From Eledone cirrhosa (taxonomy: Eukaryota), in the NCBI GenBank assembly GCA_964016885.1, contig OZ024740.1:76942001-77006000 (forward strand): 64,000 bases of DNA, read 5' to 3'. Both the position numbers and the translations under genes were made by a program. Below the pieces are notes generated by a model. That model was not told where the DNA came from. It saw only the letters and a program-made list of their open reading frames with translations, and made no database searches. This document shows, in pieces, positions 40,619 through 54,429 of the stretch; position 1 is the first letter of the stretch, and each line of letters starts with the position of its first letter.

Positions 40619-43063
40619 GGCCAGTAATTTGGGGGGAGGGGAAAGTCGATTAAATAGACCCTAGTACGTTACTGGTGCTTTATTTTATCGAACCCGTAAG
40701 GATGAAAGGCAAAGTTAACCTCAGCGGGATTTGAACTCAGACCGTAAAAGGTTGTAACTCTATGCTGCTAAGCATTGTGTCCGACTTTTTACCGATACTG
40801 CCAATCCATCGATTCAGGCTTCAAATATAGAAGTTGTTTAACTTTCAGATTTCCTTCCAAATTTTAACCACTTAGTAAACTAATTCTGTGCAAGCCAGGT
40901 TTTGATTTTTTTTTTTTTTACGCAAGACTTTTTTTCAGTCTTGTAAGTACTCCTTAATTAATTAGATTTTTTCCAACCCTTCCGCTCTTATTCCACCCAC
41001 CCTACGCCCACTGATTAAATTTTACTAATCTATCTCCGGTGAAATTTTATTTTAAGTAGTAGCATTCCTGTGAAATACATTTTCTTTAGACATTATAAAT
41101 GACAAAAATGAAAAAGAACATTACAAGAAATCCTATACGTTATAAAATAAATAGGATGGGTTGGGGTCTCAATATGTAAACTAAACGACTAATTATTTTC
41201 CTTTTAATGAAGGGAGACAACCTGAAAAAAATTATCGATTTTCCATCCACCCCGCTTATTCACCCACCCACCACCCCTATTATTTTGGACTCGAGATAAA
41301 GAGAACGCCTCTGAAATTCAAGACTGAAAAATATTGCTTGTTAATTAATTATTGCGTTGATTTGAAGTAGTGTAGGTTATTATGAATGCAACAGAACTGA
41401 TGTTATGATTTGAGTCACTCCGATGAACATTCACTGCCGTTTGATGTTTCGTCCTGATGCCAGTGATGATATAGAAGACATCTAATGTTGCTGTTGATGT
41501 TGTTTAATCCTTAAGTCATTGATGATCCATCCGAACTACTATCAAAGGACAGCTATGCTATGACCATACCATATATATAAGTTATGATGTGGTTTAAGGG
41601 ATATTTGGCTACTCTGTTTGTTAGGTCAAACTATCACGTCACTAGCTTTCAATAAGGCGTGATATTTTAAGTCAAGTATCGTCCAATAAAGATAGAAAAC
41701 CGTGTAACCTATGTATAAAACTGAATACTCTATATAAAAGCAGTGTTTTCAAAGAAATCCAGATGCGTGAATCACTATGGAGGAAGGACCGAGCACAGTG
41801 TTTGGTACAAGGTTTGGTGAGTAAAAAAAGGAGGTAAAGCCGGTGATAAAAAGAAAGGCATATAGTACACAGTTTGTTAATTCATGGAAATAAATATATT
41901 TCTAGTAGTAGAAGATGATATAGTGCATTTATGATAGTTGGATCCATTTTGTATATGGATTCGTTTTAAAGTGTTTCTGCATAGACAGGTCTCAGATATG
42001 TACACAGTATACTAAAAGGGGGTAACAGTATAGCTTTGTAGATGTTAGCAGATGATCGGGGCTCAAGCAATTAACGGAATAATAATATATGTGTGAACCT
42101 TCAAGATTCGTAAAAATTAAAGACAACCGGTGAGAGAAATCAGAAAGGCTTTCTGTATTCGACAGACGTGAATCGAAAGTTATTTTACAGATCCTGAAGT
42201 AACAAAATGCAAAGTCGATCTCGATTTGACCCCAGCCAACTACATTTGGCCAGAAGTCATGTTAACGCGGTGTAGCCAATTCCTATTGTGTTATGAAAGT
42301 AACTATAAACCAGGGTTCAACTTCACCACCGAAGTTCTTTACATTTAATTTTATGTTTTTTGTTTCGTCCCAAATTCTATGAAATTAGTTCATGGACAGG
42401 CATTGTCTCATTCTCAGTTTTGTAGACAAAACATATGGTGTTATATTCCCTCTGTCACCAGATTTAGATCTGATTTCACATATGGACGAAGGCTGCTTCC
42501 AGTCGTTCTTTGAGGGCTTTACTGAAGGTCATATGGGCTTGGCAATAAACGGGGAATTCATCTTCTTTTCTTTCGTTTTCATGCCTGTGGGGTAACTTCA
42601 TGTAGAAAACCATTTGTTTCTATATCATAATATTGCCATGCACCCTTGCTTTCGTCTAACTGACCTATGTTTAAAATATATCTGTTGCAAATTATCCTCC
42701 ACTTTAATCATTAAGAAACAATGAATTATTTCTTGAACACAGCTTATCGTTGTTTTCCCAAACATATTGCTAGGACTGCTCACAGCAATATTGTTTTCCT
42801 CAAAAATATTTGTTATTCTTTTTGTATCTAAAATCCTGTGAAACATATTCACCTCGATAGATTCACGTCACGTTTTTGCATATATATGTAAACGAAATAG
42901 AAGAAAAAAAACGATCGATATGTGGTCGATATATTAAAATGTTCCCAACAACAAAATAATTCTAAAATATTATTTTTTCATGAGGTTTTAACTTGTTAGA
43001 AGCCCGAGTATCGAAGAGCGATGTCAAAATACGTTTAAACAGGTCTTTTGTCAGTAATAATAA

Positions 43064-44270
43064 AAATTGTTTCTACTTTAGGCACAAGGCCAGCAATTAC
43101 CCAGTGCATTACTGGTACTTTATTTTATCGACCCCGTAAGGATGAAAGGCAAAGTCAACCTCGGCGGGATTTGAACTCAGATCGTAAAGGGACGTAACTA
43201 TGCTGGAAAGCATGGCGTCCGACCCTCTACCGATACTACCAATACACCGCCCTCTATAATTGTTTCTACCTTAGGCACAAGGCCAGCAATTACCCAGTGC
43301 ATTACTGGTACTTTATTATATTGACTCCGTAAGGATGAAAGGCAAAGTTAACCTCGGCGGGATTTGAACTCAGAACCTAAAGGACCTTAACTCTATGCCG
43401 CAAAGCAATAATTGTTTCTACTTTTGGTACAAGGCCAGCAATTATGCCAGCGCATTACTGATACTTTATTTTATCGATCCCGTAAGGATGAAAGGCAAAG
43501 TTAACTTCGGCGGGATTAACTTTGCCTTTCATCCTTACGGGGTCGATAAAATAGAGTACCAGTAAAGCAATAATTGTTTCTACTTTTGGCACAAGGCCAG
43601 CAATTACCCAGTTCATTACTGGTACTTTATTTTATCGACCCTGTAAGGATGAAAGACAAAGTTAATCAGTAAAGCAATAATTGTTTCTACTTTAGGCACA
43701 AGGCCAGCAATTACCCATACATTACTGGTACTTTATTTTATCGACCCCGTAAGGATGAAAGGCAAAGTTAACCTCAGCGGGATTTGAACTCAGACTGTAA
43801 AGGGACGTAACTATGCTAGAAAGCATGGCGTCCAACCCTCAACCAATACTGCCATTTCCAAGCAATAATAATGGTTTCTTATGGTTTCTGATTTAGGCAC
43901 AAGGCCGGCAATTTAGGGGGAAAGACAAAATCGATTAAATCGACCCCAGTGCATGACTGGTACGTTATTTTATCAACCCTGTAAGGGTGAAAGGCAAAGC
44001 TAACTTTGGCGGGATTTGAACTCGGGACGTAAAGGGCCATAACTTTAAGCTGCAAAGCATGATATCTGACGCTCTACCGATACCTTTAATCCATTCGGTA
44101 ATGATTCAGGCACAAGGTCAAGAATGTTTGGGCGAGAGGGAAAGTAGATTGTATTATTCACAGTACTTGACTTTCTCAACCCCAGAATAATGAAAAGCTG
44201 GCTTCGAATGGTTTGAACGCAGGACGTAAGCAAACAGAACAAATGCGCAAGTCCGATGCTCTACAAATTC
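43064..44270 (-). mobile_element. Tandem array of about eight Nin-domain-like SINEs
   Basis: Repeated aattgtttctac...ggatgaaaggcaaag units of variable 5' length; one inverted piece at about 43516-43564. Confidence 0.9.
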
Positions 44271-44402
44271 TTGGGAATAAAAAGAAAGAAAAAAACAAAC
44301 GAAAAAGAGAAATTATATTTTCTGCTGGAATGAGCTGCAACAGAGGAGTTAATATAACATGACTATATCATACTATATATCAAATGGAAGCAAGGTTTAA
44401 AC

Positions 44403-46800
44403 CGTGGTGGTGGTGTGGTGATATCTGTGATGGTGGTGGTGGTGTTGTGGTGATATCTGTGATGGTGGTGGTGGTGTTGTGGTGATATCTGTGATGGTGG
44501 TGGTGGTGGTGTGGTGATATCTGTGATGGTGGTGGTGGTGGTGTGGTGATACCTGTGATGGTGGTGGTGGTGTTGTGGTGATATCTGTGATGGTGGTGGT
44601 GGTGGTGTGGTGATATCTGTGATGGTGGTGGTGGTGTTGTGGTGATATCTGTGATGGTGGTGGTGGTGGTGGTGTTGTGGTGATATCTGTGATGGTGGTG
44701 GTGGTGTTGTGGTGATATCTGTGATGGTGGTGGTGTTGTTGTGGTGATATCGGTGATGGTGGTGGTGGTGTTGTGGTGATATCTGTGATGGTGGTGGTGT
44801 TGTTGTGGTGATATCTGTGATGGTGGTGGTGGTGTTGTGGTGATATCTGTGATGGTGGTGGTGTTGTTGTGGTGATATCTGTGATGGTGGTGGTGGTGTT
44901 GTGGTGATATCTGTGATGGTGGTGGTGGTGTTGTGGTGATATCTGTGATGGTGGTGGTGGTGTTGTGGTGATATCTGTGATGGTGGTGGTGGTGGTGTGG
45001 TGATATCTGTGATGGTGGTGGTGGTGGTGTGGTGATATCTGTGATGGTGGTGGTGTTGTTGTGGTGATATCTGTGATGGTGGTGGTGGTGTTGTGGTGAT
45101 ATCTGTGATGGTGGTGGTGGTGTTGTGGTGATATCTGTGATGGTGGTGGTGGTGTTGTGGTGATATCTGTGATGGTGGTGGTGGTGTTGTGGTGATACAT
45201 GTGATGGTGGTGGTGGTGGTGTTGTGGTGATATCTGTGATGGTGGTGGTGGTGTTGTGGTGATATCTGTGATGGTGGTGGTGTTGTTGTGGTGATATCTG
45301 TGATGGTGGTGGTGTTGTTGTGGTGATATCTGTGATGGTGGTGGTGTTGTTGTGGTGATATCTGTGATGGTGGTGGTGGTGTTGTGGTGATATCTGTGAT
45401 GGTGGTGGTGGTGTTGTGGTGATACCTGTGATGGTGGTGGTGGTGGTGTTGTGGTGATATCTGTGATGGTGGTGGTGGTGGTGTGGTGATATCTGTGATG
45501 GTGGTGGTGTTGTTGTGGTGATATCTGTGATGGTGGTGGTGGTGTTGTGGTGATATCTGTGATGGTGGTGGTGGTGTTGTGGTGATACCTGTGATGGTGG
45601 TGGTGGTGTGGTGATATCTGTGATGGTGGTGGTGTTGTTGTGGTGATATCTGTGATGGTGGTGGTGGTGGTGTTGTGATATCTGTGATGGTGGTGGTGGT
45701 GGTGTTGTGGTGATATCTGTGATGGTGGTGGTGGTGTTGTGGTGATATCTGTGATGGTGGTGGTGGTGTTGTTGTGGTGATATCTGTGATGGTGGTGGTG
45801 GTGTTGTGGTGATACCTGTGATGGTGGTGGTGGTGGTGTTGTGGTGATATCTGTGATGGTGGTGGTGGTGGTGTTGTGGTGATATCTGTGATGGTGGTGG
45901 TGGTGGTGTGGTGATATCTGTGATGGTGGTGGTGTTGTTGTGGTGATATCTGTGATGGTGGTGGTGGTGGTGTGGTGATATCTGTGATGGTGGTGGTGTT
46001 GTTGTGGTGATATCTGTGATGGTGGTGGTGGTGGTGTTGTGATACCTGTGATGGTGGTGGTGGTGGTGGTGTTGTGGTGATATCTGTGATGGTGGTGGTG
46101 GTGTTGTGGTGATATCTGTGATGGTGGTGGTGGTGTTGTTGTGGTGATATCTGTGATGGTGGTGGTGGTGTTGTTGTGGTGATATCTGTGATGGTGGTGG
46201 TGTTGTTGTGGTGATATCTGTGATGGTGGTGGTGGTGTTGTTGTGGTGATATCTGTGATGGTGGTGGTGTTGTTGTGGTGATATCTGTGATGGTGGTGGA
46301 AGAGGTGGTGGTGATATCTGTGATGGTGGTGGTGGTGGTGTGGTGTCAGCTGTGATGGTGGTGGTGGTGTGGTGATGATGATGGTGGTGGTAGTGTTGTT
46401 GTGGTGATAGCTGTGATGGTGGTGGTGTTGTGGTGATAGCTGTGATGGTGGTGGTGTTGGGGGTGGGGGTGGGGGTGATAGATGTGATGGTGATGGTGGT
46501 GGTGGTGGTGGTGGTGGTGGTGGTGATAGCTGTGGTGGTAGCGGTGGTGGAGGTGTTGGTGGTGGTGGTGATAGCTGTGATGGTGGTGGTGGTGGTGGTG
46601 GTGGTGGTGATAGCTGTGATGGTGGTTGTGGTGGTGGTGGTGTGGTGATAGCTGTGATGGTGGTGGTGGTGGTGGTGGTAGCTGTGATCGTGGTGGTGGT
46701 GGTGGTGGTGGAGGAGGTGGTGGTAGAGGTGGTAGTGATGTTGGTGGTGATGGTGGAGGTGGCATTGGTAGTGTTGTAGTGTAGCAATTGAGTGAGGAAG
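44403..46800 (+). repeat. 25/28-bp minisatellite GTGATATCTGTGAT(GGT)nGTTGTG, grading to a GATAGCTG variant after about 46345
   Basis: Direct reading; unit length is not a multiple of 3. Confidence 0.95.
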
Positions 46801-47084
46801 GGTGATGGTAGCAGTGGTGTTTGTAGCTGCGGTAGTTATGGTGATGAAGATGCTGTGAGGATGGGTGTGATGTGATGGTGGTGTTTGTAAAAGCTGAGGT
46901 AGTAATTGTGGTGGTATGGGATGGATAGGGATGGTGGTAGTGTAGGATACGGTGGTAGTGGTATATAATATGTGGGGAATGGTGAGAAGTGGGTTGGGAA
47001 ACAATAAAGAGAAATATGAATTGCTATTCTCACCTTAATAGAAATGAATAAATAAAAGAAAATTATGACAGACAAACCAACCCC

Positions 47085-48955
47085 ACCACCACCATCACCA
47101 TCACAGCTATCACCACACCACCACCGCCACCACTACCACCACCACCATCACAGCTATCACCACACCACCACCGCCACCACTACCACCACCACCATGACAG
47201 CTATCACCACACCACCACCATCACAGCTATCACCACACCACCACCATCACCATCACAGCTATCACCACACCACCACCGCCACCACTACCACCACCACCAT
47301 CACAGCTATCACCACACCACCACCACCACCACCACTACCACCACCACCATCACAGCTATCACCACACCAACACCACTACCACCACCACCATCACAGCTAT
47401 CACCACACCACCACCATCACCATCACAGCTATCACCACACCACCACCACCACCACCACTACCACCACCACCATCACAGCTATCACCACACCACCACCACC
47501 ACCACTACCACCACCACCATCACAGCAATCACCACACAACCACCACCACCACCACCACTACCACCACCACCATCACAGCTATCACCACACCACCACCACC
47601 ACCACCACCACTACCACCACCACCATCACAGCTATCACCACCACCACCACCACCACCATCACAGCTATCACCACACCACCACCACCACCACCACCACCAT
47701 CACAGCTATCACCACACCACCACCAACACAGCAATCACCACACCACCACCACCACCACCACTACCACCACCACAGCTATCACCACACCTCCACCACCACC
47801 ACCACCACCATCACAGCTATCACCACACCACCACCACCACCACCACCACCTCTTCCACCACCACATTACAGCTATCACCACACCACCACCATCACAGCAA
47901 TCACCACACCACCACCACCACCACCACTACCACCACCACCATCACAGCTATCACCACACCACCACCACCACCATCACAGCTATCACCACCACCACCACCA
48001 CCACCACCACTACCACCACCACAGCTATCACCACACCTCCACCACCACCACCACCACCATCACAGCTATCACCACACCACCACCACCACCACTACCACCA
48101 CCTCTTCCACCACCACCATCACAGCAATCACCACACCACCACCACCACCACCACTACCACCACCACCATCACAGCTATCACCACACCACCACCACCACCA
48201 TCACAGCTATCACCACCACCACCACCACTACCACCACACCGCCACACCACCACCACTACCACCACCACCACCATCACCATCACAGCTATCACCACCACCA
48301 CACCACCACCACTACCACCACCACCATCACAGCTATCACCACACCACCACCACACCACCACCACCACCACTACCACTAACACCATCACCATCACAGCTAT
48401 CACCACACCACCACCACCACCACCACTACCACCACCACCACACCACCACACCACCACCACTACCACCACCACCATCACGGCTATCACCACACCACCACCA
48501 CCACCACTACCACCATCACCATCACAGCTATCACCACCACCACACCACCACCACTACCACCACCACCATCACAGCTATCACCACACCACCACCACACCAC
48601 CACCACCACCACTACCACTACCACCATCACCATCACAGCTATCACCACACCACCACCACCACCACCACCACACCACTACCACCACCACCACTACCACCAC
48701 CACCATCACAGCTATCACCACACCACTACCACCACCACCACACCACCACACCACTACCTCCACCAACACCACCACCACTACCACCACCACCACACCACCA
48801 CCACTACTACCACCATCACCACCACCACCACCACTACCACCACCACCACACCACCACTACTACCACCACCACCACCACTACCACCACCACCACACCACCA
48901 CTACTACCACCAACACCACTACTACCACCACCACCACCACTACCACCACCACCAC
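47085..48955 (-). repeat. Same minisatellite family in opposite orientation, (CCA)n-TCACAGCTATCA
   Basis: Reverse complement of the gtgatagctgtgatggtgg units. Confidence 0.92.
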
Positions 48956-49018
48956 GTCGTCTGTTTACTTCACCTTGATGAAATCCTGAGGCTTATTTGA
49001 ATGGAATCATAAATTGAT

Positions 49019-49202
49019 TGGATTGGCAGTATCGGTAGAGGGCCAGACTCCATGCTTTGCAGCATGGAGTTGCGGCCCTTTACGGTCTGAGTTCAAATCC
49101 CGCCGAGGTTAACTTTGCTTTCATCCTTACGATGTCGATAAAATAAAGTACCAGTAATGTACTGGGTATTTTGCTGCCCTTGTGCCAAAAGTAGAAACTA
49201 TT
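49019..49202 (+). mobile_element. Full-length Nin-domain-like SINE; truncated copy at 50477-50578
   Basis: A and B boxes plus core. Confidence 0.88.
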
Positions 49203-49260
49203 AATGAAACACTAACGCACCAGACACGCACACATATACATATATACATACATGCATACT

Positions 49261-49302
<42 letters not shown>

Positions 49303-49384
49303 TACATAAATACATTCATGCACACACACACATACACACACACACTTATATATATATATATATATATCTAAGTAGGCATGTATG

Positions 49385-49465
<81 letters not shown>

Positions 49466-49540
49466 ATGTGTGTGTATGTATATATATACATATACACACA
49501 CACATATATATATATAAATACATATATATATATGTATATA

Positions 49541-49620
<80 letters not shown>

Positions 49621-49716
49621 TATATATATATGTGTGTATGTGTGTGTGTGTATGTATATATATATTCATATAGACACACACACATATATATATATATATA
49701 CATACATATCTATATC

Positions 49717-49747
<31 letters not shown>

Positions 49748-50365
49748 CTATGTATGTATGTAAATATGTATATATATGTATATATGTATGTATGCATATA
49801 TATATATATGTGTGTGTATGTGTGTACATATACACATACATATTTAACACCACAACCATCCACCACCGTTCTCTCTAAAAAGGTATTGTTAAACCGCTGC
49901 CGCTGTCTGCGTCAGATGTTGTACTCTAGGGGTGAATCCCAGGTAAAATTGTTTGTCTGAACGAATTCTGTAAATAGCATACTGGGAATTGGAAGAAGAA
50001 ATATGAGTAAGAATTGACCGATTTCTATTAACCAAAAAAAATTAAAAAAAAGCTAGCAGTGAGAGAAACACATTGTAGAAATTCCGTCCCATTCCAAAAT
50101 CATTCTGCTCTTTCAGTGGGATCTATGTTCTTGTATGTTCGGTAAGGTACCAAGCTACACGAGAAAGAAAGAAGAGAGAGAACAGAAGAGAAAGAGAAAG
50201 TAAGCGAGGTGAAAGGGGAAATTAATAAATAAAAGTAACCCAAAAGATGTGTAGTATTATATATGGAGGATAACCAAAATTTATGCCTCGTTTCTTGGAA
50301 CTCTGAAACATTTACCGTAACATTTAAGGAAACACACATGTACACATTCACACACATACATACAT

Positions 50366-50440
<75 letters not shown>

Positions 50441-50598
50441 TATAAATGAGGCTTGTTTGCCTAAATGCAAACGAATCGAGGTTAACTTTGCCTTTCATCC
50501 TTACGGGGTCGATAAAATAAAGTACCAGTAATGTACTGGGTAATTGCTGGCCTTGTGCCAAAAGTAGAAACAATTATTAATATTCGAAAAACTCAGAT

Positions 50599-50638
<40 letters not shown>

Positions 50639-50641
<3 letters not shown>

Positions 50642-50828
50642 CGAAGGAAATGTGGTAAGGAACCAGGTGGACCATAACGCACCAAAGTACTCAATACTTA
50701 GAGTAGTAGAGTGGGTAATAGGAACCAGTAAGACCCCGACGGCTGAGCTCAAGCCGTTTCGATGGCTAATTCAGAATTAGCCCTCGAAACGGCTTGAGCT
50801 CAGCCGTCGGGGTCTTACTGGTTCCTAT
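50639..50828 (-). mobile_element. Family A fold-back copy 3
   Basis: Arms ataggaaccagtaagacccc...ggggtcttactggttcctat; same tail; TA-flanked. Confidence 0.82.
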
Positions 50829-50933
50829 ATATATATATATATATATATGCAGAGGTATGCATTTTTATAACAGGTTAGTAGAGCAAATATACAATATATT
50901 AATAAATGGAAACTATATTTATAAAACCATAAT

Positions 50934-50999
50934 TATTTTATTATATATATTTCAAGGGCGACCAAGATAAATTATGGTGCGCTTTCATCAGATAAGGTA
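50934..50999 (-). ncRNA. Type I hammerhead motif (family of 551-616)
   Basis: ttat-CTGATGA-aagcgcacca..tggtcgccctt-GAAA-tatat-ATA-ataa. Confidence 0.7.
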
Positions 51000-51688
51000 C
51001 AGATTTGTTTTATAAATAAATATTGACATACCCGATATATATAGGCTCGTGATTTGCTGTCGAAACAGCAAGTGCTCAGCCGTCGGGACTTGATTCTCTA
51101 GTACATATATATATAAACATATATATAAATATATATGTGTGCATGTGCATGTGTGTGTGTATGTGTGTGCGGATATACGTGTGTGCGCGTGTGTGCGTGT
51201 GTGTGTGAGCGTGTGTACATATACTTGCACATATTCATTTAGGCGTGTTCATTGAAATATATACACCTCTTTAATAATTACAAAATATAAGCAAATGCAC
51301 GCAAAACATAGAAGCATACAAAGGCACACAAGCACACATATATTTCAGAGAGAGAGTAAGAAAGAGAGAGAGATAGAGAGAGAGGGAAGGATAGAGAGAG
51401 AGAGGGAGGGACAGAGAGACAGAGAGAGAGAGGGGCAGGGACGGAGTGAGAGAGGGGGGGGGGAGAAAGATGGAAGAAATCTTAACTATGATATATTTGT
51501 AATTGTAAACATAAATTTGGGTTTCATAAAAGACAAAGGAGCAGATGACGTATAATTCATTCATGCATAGTCACTTACACACACACACATACACACAATA
51601 CACACACACACATTCAAACACACACCTACACATATACACACACACACGCACACACCTACACATATCTATATGATATATGATTTATATT

Positions 51689-52524
51689 GATACCAAGTTT
51701 GTAGCTCGGATACAAGTATCGAAGTCAGCGAGGAGAGATGTGTGGGTGTAGCACGGAGCGTTGCGGAGGGTAGAGAGGAGCTTCGGCATGGCGAAGCAGT
51801 TCCTCAGCAGAATGAGATCTGGGTGGCCGTCAATCAAGCCCAGTCAGCTCGTGAGAGTCAGGAGTTATTGAAGCCTGGACCTCATGGTGGAGCGGATGGC
51901 CGGTGGGTGGATCGGTGACCCGAGGATTGGGGCATCCTCTTTGGGGGGTCACCTGAACCTGGTGGGGAATTGACCGCACGTCCAAGACGGAGGCTGCAAA
52001 GCTCGCAGCATCGAGGCTGACATTCACCACCTCCGAATTGGCCGAGTTGACCTGGAGGCCAATTCCCGCCAAGGCAGGAACCACCAATTGAAGGTCATGG
52101 CAGACCGTCCGTACGGGCCCGCCCAACGTAGCATCACCCAGATACCAAATATTGAGAAGCACCGTGATACTCCGGGCGATGTGGTCAATACCAAGGACAC
52201 CGGTCGCTCTCCGACAGGTTTGCGGTCGTACCCCTGGCAGTGGAGACTTCTGGTGTCCTCGGCGCCAGGGCTACCTCCTTACTCACCACCATAGGCGCTG
52301 AGCTGGCCAGCCGCAGGTGTGAGCCACGCGAGTTGGAGTGGCTTTTCCAGCGCGTCTCCCTTGCCGTCCTCCGGGGAAACGCCTTATCCCTTCTGTCCGC
52401 CGGGGTTGTGGGTGGGCCCCATCGCGTATCATTTTTGTAAATATGACAACAATCTATCCAACTAACATAGTTTTTGTATAAACAGCTTTGTAAAATAAAA
52501 TAACTTGCATATTAAAGAAAGAAT

Positions 52525-52530
<6 letters not shown>
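51689..52530. mobile_element. CRE-clade-like non-LTR element with 5' inversion
   Basis: Minus 51689-52203: RT piece LNIWYLGDATLGG, GLQVN, LLRNCFAMPKL. Plus 52204-52440: restriction-like endonuclease end PLAVETSG..LFQRVSLAVLRGNA. Ends AATAAA+(TA)n. Confidence 0.8.
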
Positions 52531-52611
<81 letters not shown>

Positions 52612-52616
<5 letters not shown>

Positions 52617-52820
52617 AACGAGTAGGACCCCGACGGCTGAGCTCAAGCCGTTTCGACGGCTAATTCTGGACTAAAATCATTTTAGTCCAGAATTAGTCGT
52701 CGAAACGGCTTCAGCTCAGCCGTCGGGGTCCTACTCGTTCCTATTACCCACTCTACTACCCTAAGTATTGAGTACTTTGGTGCGTTATGGTCCACCTGGT
52801 TCCTTACCACATTTCCTTCG

Positions 52821-52823
<3 letters not shown>
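52612..52823 (+). mobile_element. Family A fold-back copy 4
   Basis: About 65-bp arms folding at ctaaaatcattttag; tail ends ccttcgtta+(TA)n. Confidence 0.85.
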
Positions 52824-52883
<60 letters not shown>

Positions 52884-52890
<7 letters not shown>

Positions 52891-53402
52891 AAGTTAAATA
52901 AAAGTCAAATGATTAAAATTTAGCTTCGTTTATTACTGCTATATATATTTCAGTGACAGCCATCTTTGGCTGTGACCTCTTCAGGCAGTTTGAATTAGTA
53001 TGGTATAGACAAGTACATATGTTGTTTAGGTGTATGATATTGTCAATACTCTGATATGCCCAGTTCCTTGCTGGGTTGTTAATTCACTGGGGAACTGGAG
53101 TCATATATATATGTATATATATGCCAGGAACTGGGCATATCAGAGTATTGACAATATCATACACCTAAACAACATATGTACTTGTCTATACCATACTAAT
53201 TCAAACTGCCTGAAGAGGTCACAGCCAAAGATGGCTGTCACTGAAATATATATATAGCAGTAATAAACGAAGCTAAATTTTAATCATTTGACTTTTATTT
53301 AACTTTATTTTACACTACTCCGGAGTAACCAAACCAACCTGCGCACTTCGTCGAGTGCTCCAGCCTGCATACTGAGGTGTTGGTATACAACCAACATAAA
53401 CT

Positions 53403-53408
<6 letters not shown>
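52884..53408 (+). mobile_element. Family I fold-back element with ~185-bp near-perfect arms
   Basis: 52884-53068 is the reverse complement of 53126-53312; then a ~95-bp tail; TA-flanked. Confidence 0.9.
53205..53261 (+). ncRNA. Type I hammerhead ribozyme; mirror copy at 52935-52989 (minus)
   Basis: actgc-CTGAAGA-ggtcacagcca aaga tggctgtcact-GAAA-tatatat-ATA-gcagt-AATAAA. Confidence 0.88.
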
Positions 53409-53440
<32 letters not shown>

Positions 53441-53443
<3 letters not shown>

Positions 53444-53778
53444 CAAATGTTTAACAAAGTTCATTGATTAATCAATGAATAAAGCTTTACAATAGATTAG
53501 AAGCACTCAACAAACAGGTTTTCTAGAGTTATTAATATTACTTCAAAATATTAATAAATATAGACATTCATGTAATCAAATATATTTTATTATACATATT
53601 TCAGAGGTACTGAGCTATTTCATCAGTACGTCCTCATCAGATAAAAGTTGAGGTATGTCAGACATCAATTTATTTTATCTGATGAGAAGGTACTGATGAA
53701 ATAGCTTAGTACCTCTGAAATATGTATAATAAAATATATTTGATCACATGAATGTCTATATTTATTAATATTTTGAAG

Positions 53779-53784
<6 letters not shown>
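53441..53784 (-). mobile_element. Family J fold-back element
   Basis: Arms at about 53536-53646 and 53673-53783; tail 53441-53535. Confidence 0.85.
53671..53736 (+). ncRNA. Type I hammerhead ribozyme; mirror copy at 53583-53646 (minus)
   Basis: tattttat-CTGATGA-gaaggtactga..ttagtacctct-GAAA-tatgt-ATA-ataaaata (8-bp stem I). Confidence 0.85.
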
Positions 53785-53810
<26 letters not shown>

Positions 53811-53812
<2 letters not shown>

Positions 53813-53933
53813 CGGCGATGAATTAGTTTTGCGAGGTTTTTGATATGAAATCGTGTGTCGAAACAAATGTTGTTATACTTGGGGAGGGTCATGTTTGTGT
53901 AATTATTTCACAAATATGACCCTCCCCAAGTAT

Positions 53934-53940
<7 letters not shown>
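53811..53940 (-). mobile_element. Family K fold-back element
   Basis: 30-bp arms 53870-53899 / 53909-53938; the loop reads GAAA-taatta on minus; 60-bp tail. Confidence 0.65.
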
Positions 53941-53983
<43 letters not shown>

Positions 53984-53986
<3 letters not shown>

Positions 53987-54180
53987 GGAACAAGTATGAC
54001 TCCGACGGCAGAGCTCAAGCCGTTTCGACGACTATTTCTGGAAATAGTCGTCTAGAAATAGCCGTCGAAACGGCTTGAGCTCTGCCGTCGGGGTCATACT
54101 TGTTCCTATTACCCACTCTACTAAGTATTGAGTACTTTGGTGCGTTATGGTCCATCTGGTTCCTTACCACAATTCCTTCG

Positions 54181-54183
<3 letters not shown>
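53984..54183 (+). mobile_element. Family A fold-back copy 5
   Basis: Arms carry the ggggtcatacttgttcctat variant; same tail. Confidence 0.85.
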
Positions 54184-54231
<48 letters not shown>

Positions 54232-54235
<4 letters not shown>

Positions 54236-54429
54236 AATATAGATGAGATTCTACAGGACTAGAACTGTTTCATTCTTTAGAATCATCAGGAATCTGAGAT
54301 TCCTGATGATTTCTAAAGAATGAAACAGTTCTAGTCCTGTAGAATCTCATCTATATTAAAACTTTTATACTCTGCAATGTATTGAGTACCTTACTTACTG
54401 TGGTTACCTCCGATTCAACCCGGAATAAC

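Noticed and set aside
44403-46345. CRISPR-like array
   Set aside because: There are no unique spacers (only GGT-number variation), no cas genes, and the context is eukaryotic.
44380-48978. 874-, 796- and 637-aa His/Thr/Pro-rich ORFs as mucin-like genes
   Set aside because: They are translations of a 25/28-bp minisatellite that cycles through all frames; there is no signal peptide or unique domain.
49127-49960. YI/CV/HT-rich ORFs here and throughout the window
   Set aside because: These are dinucleotide-repeat translations.
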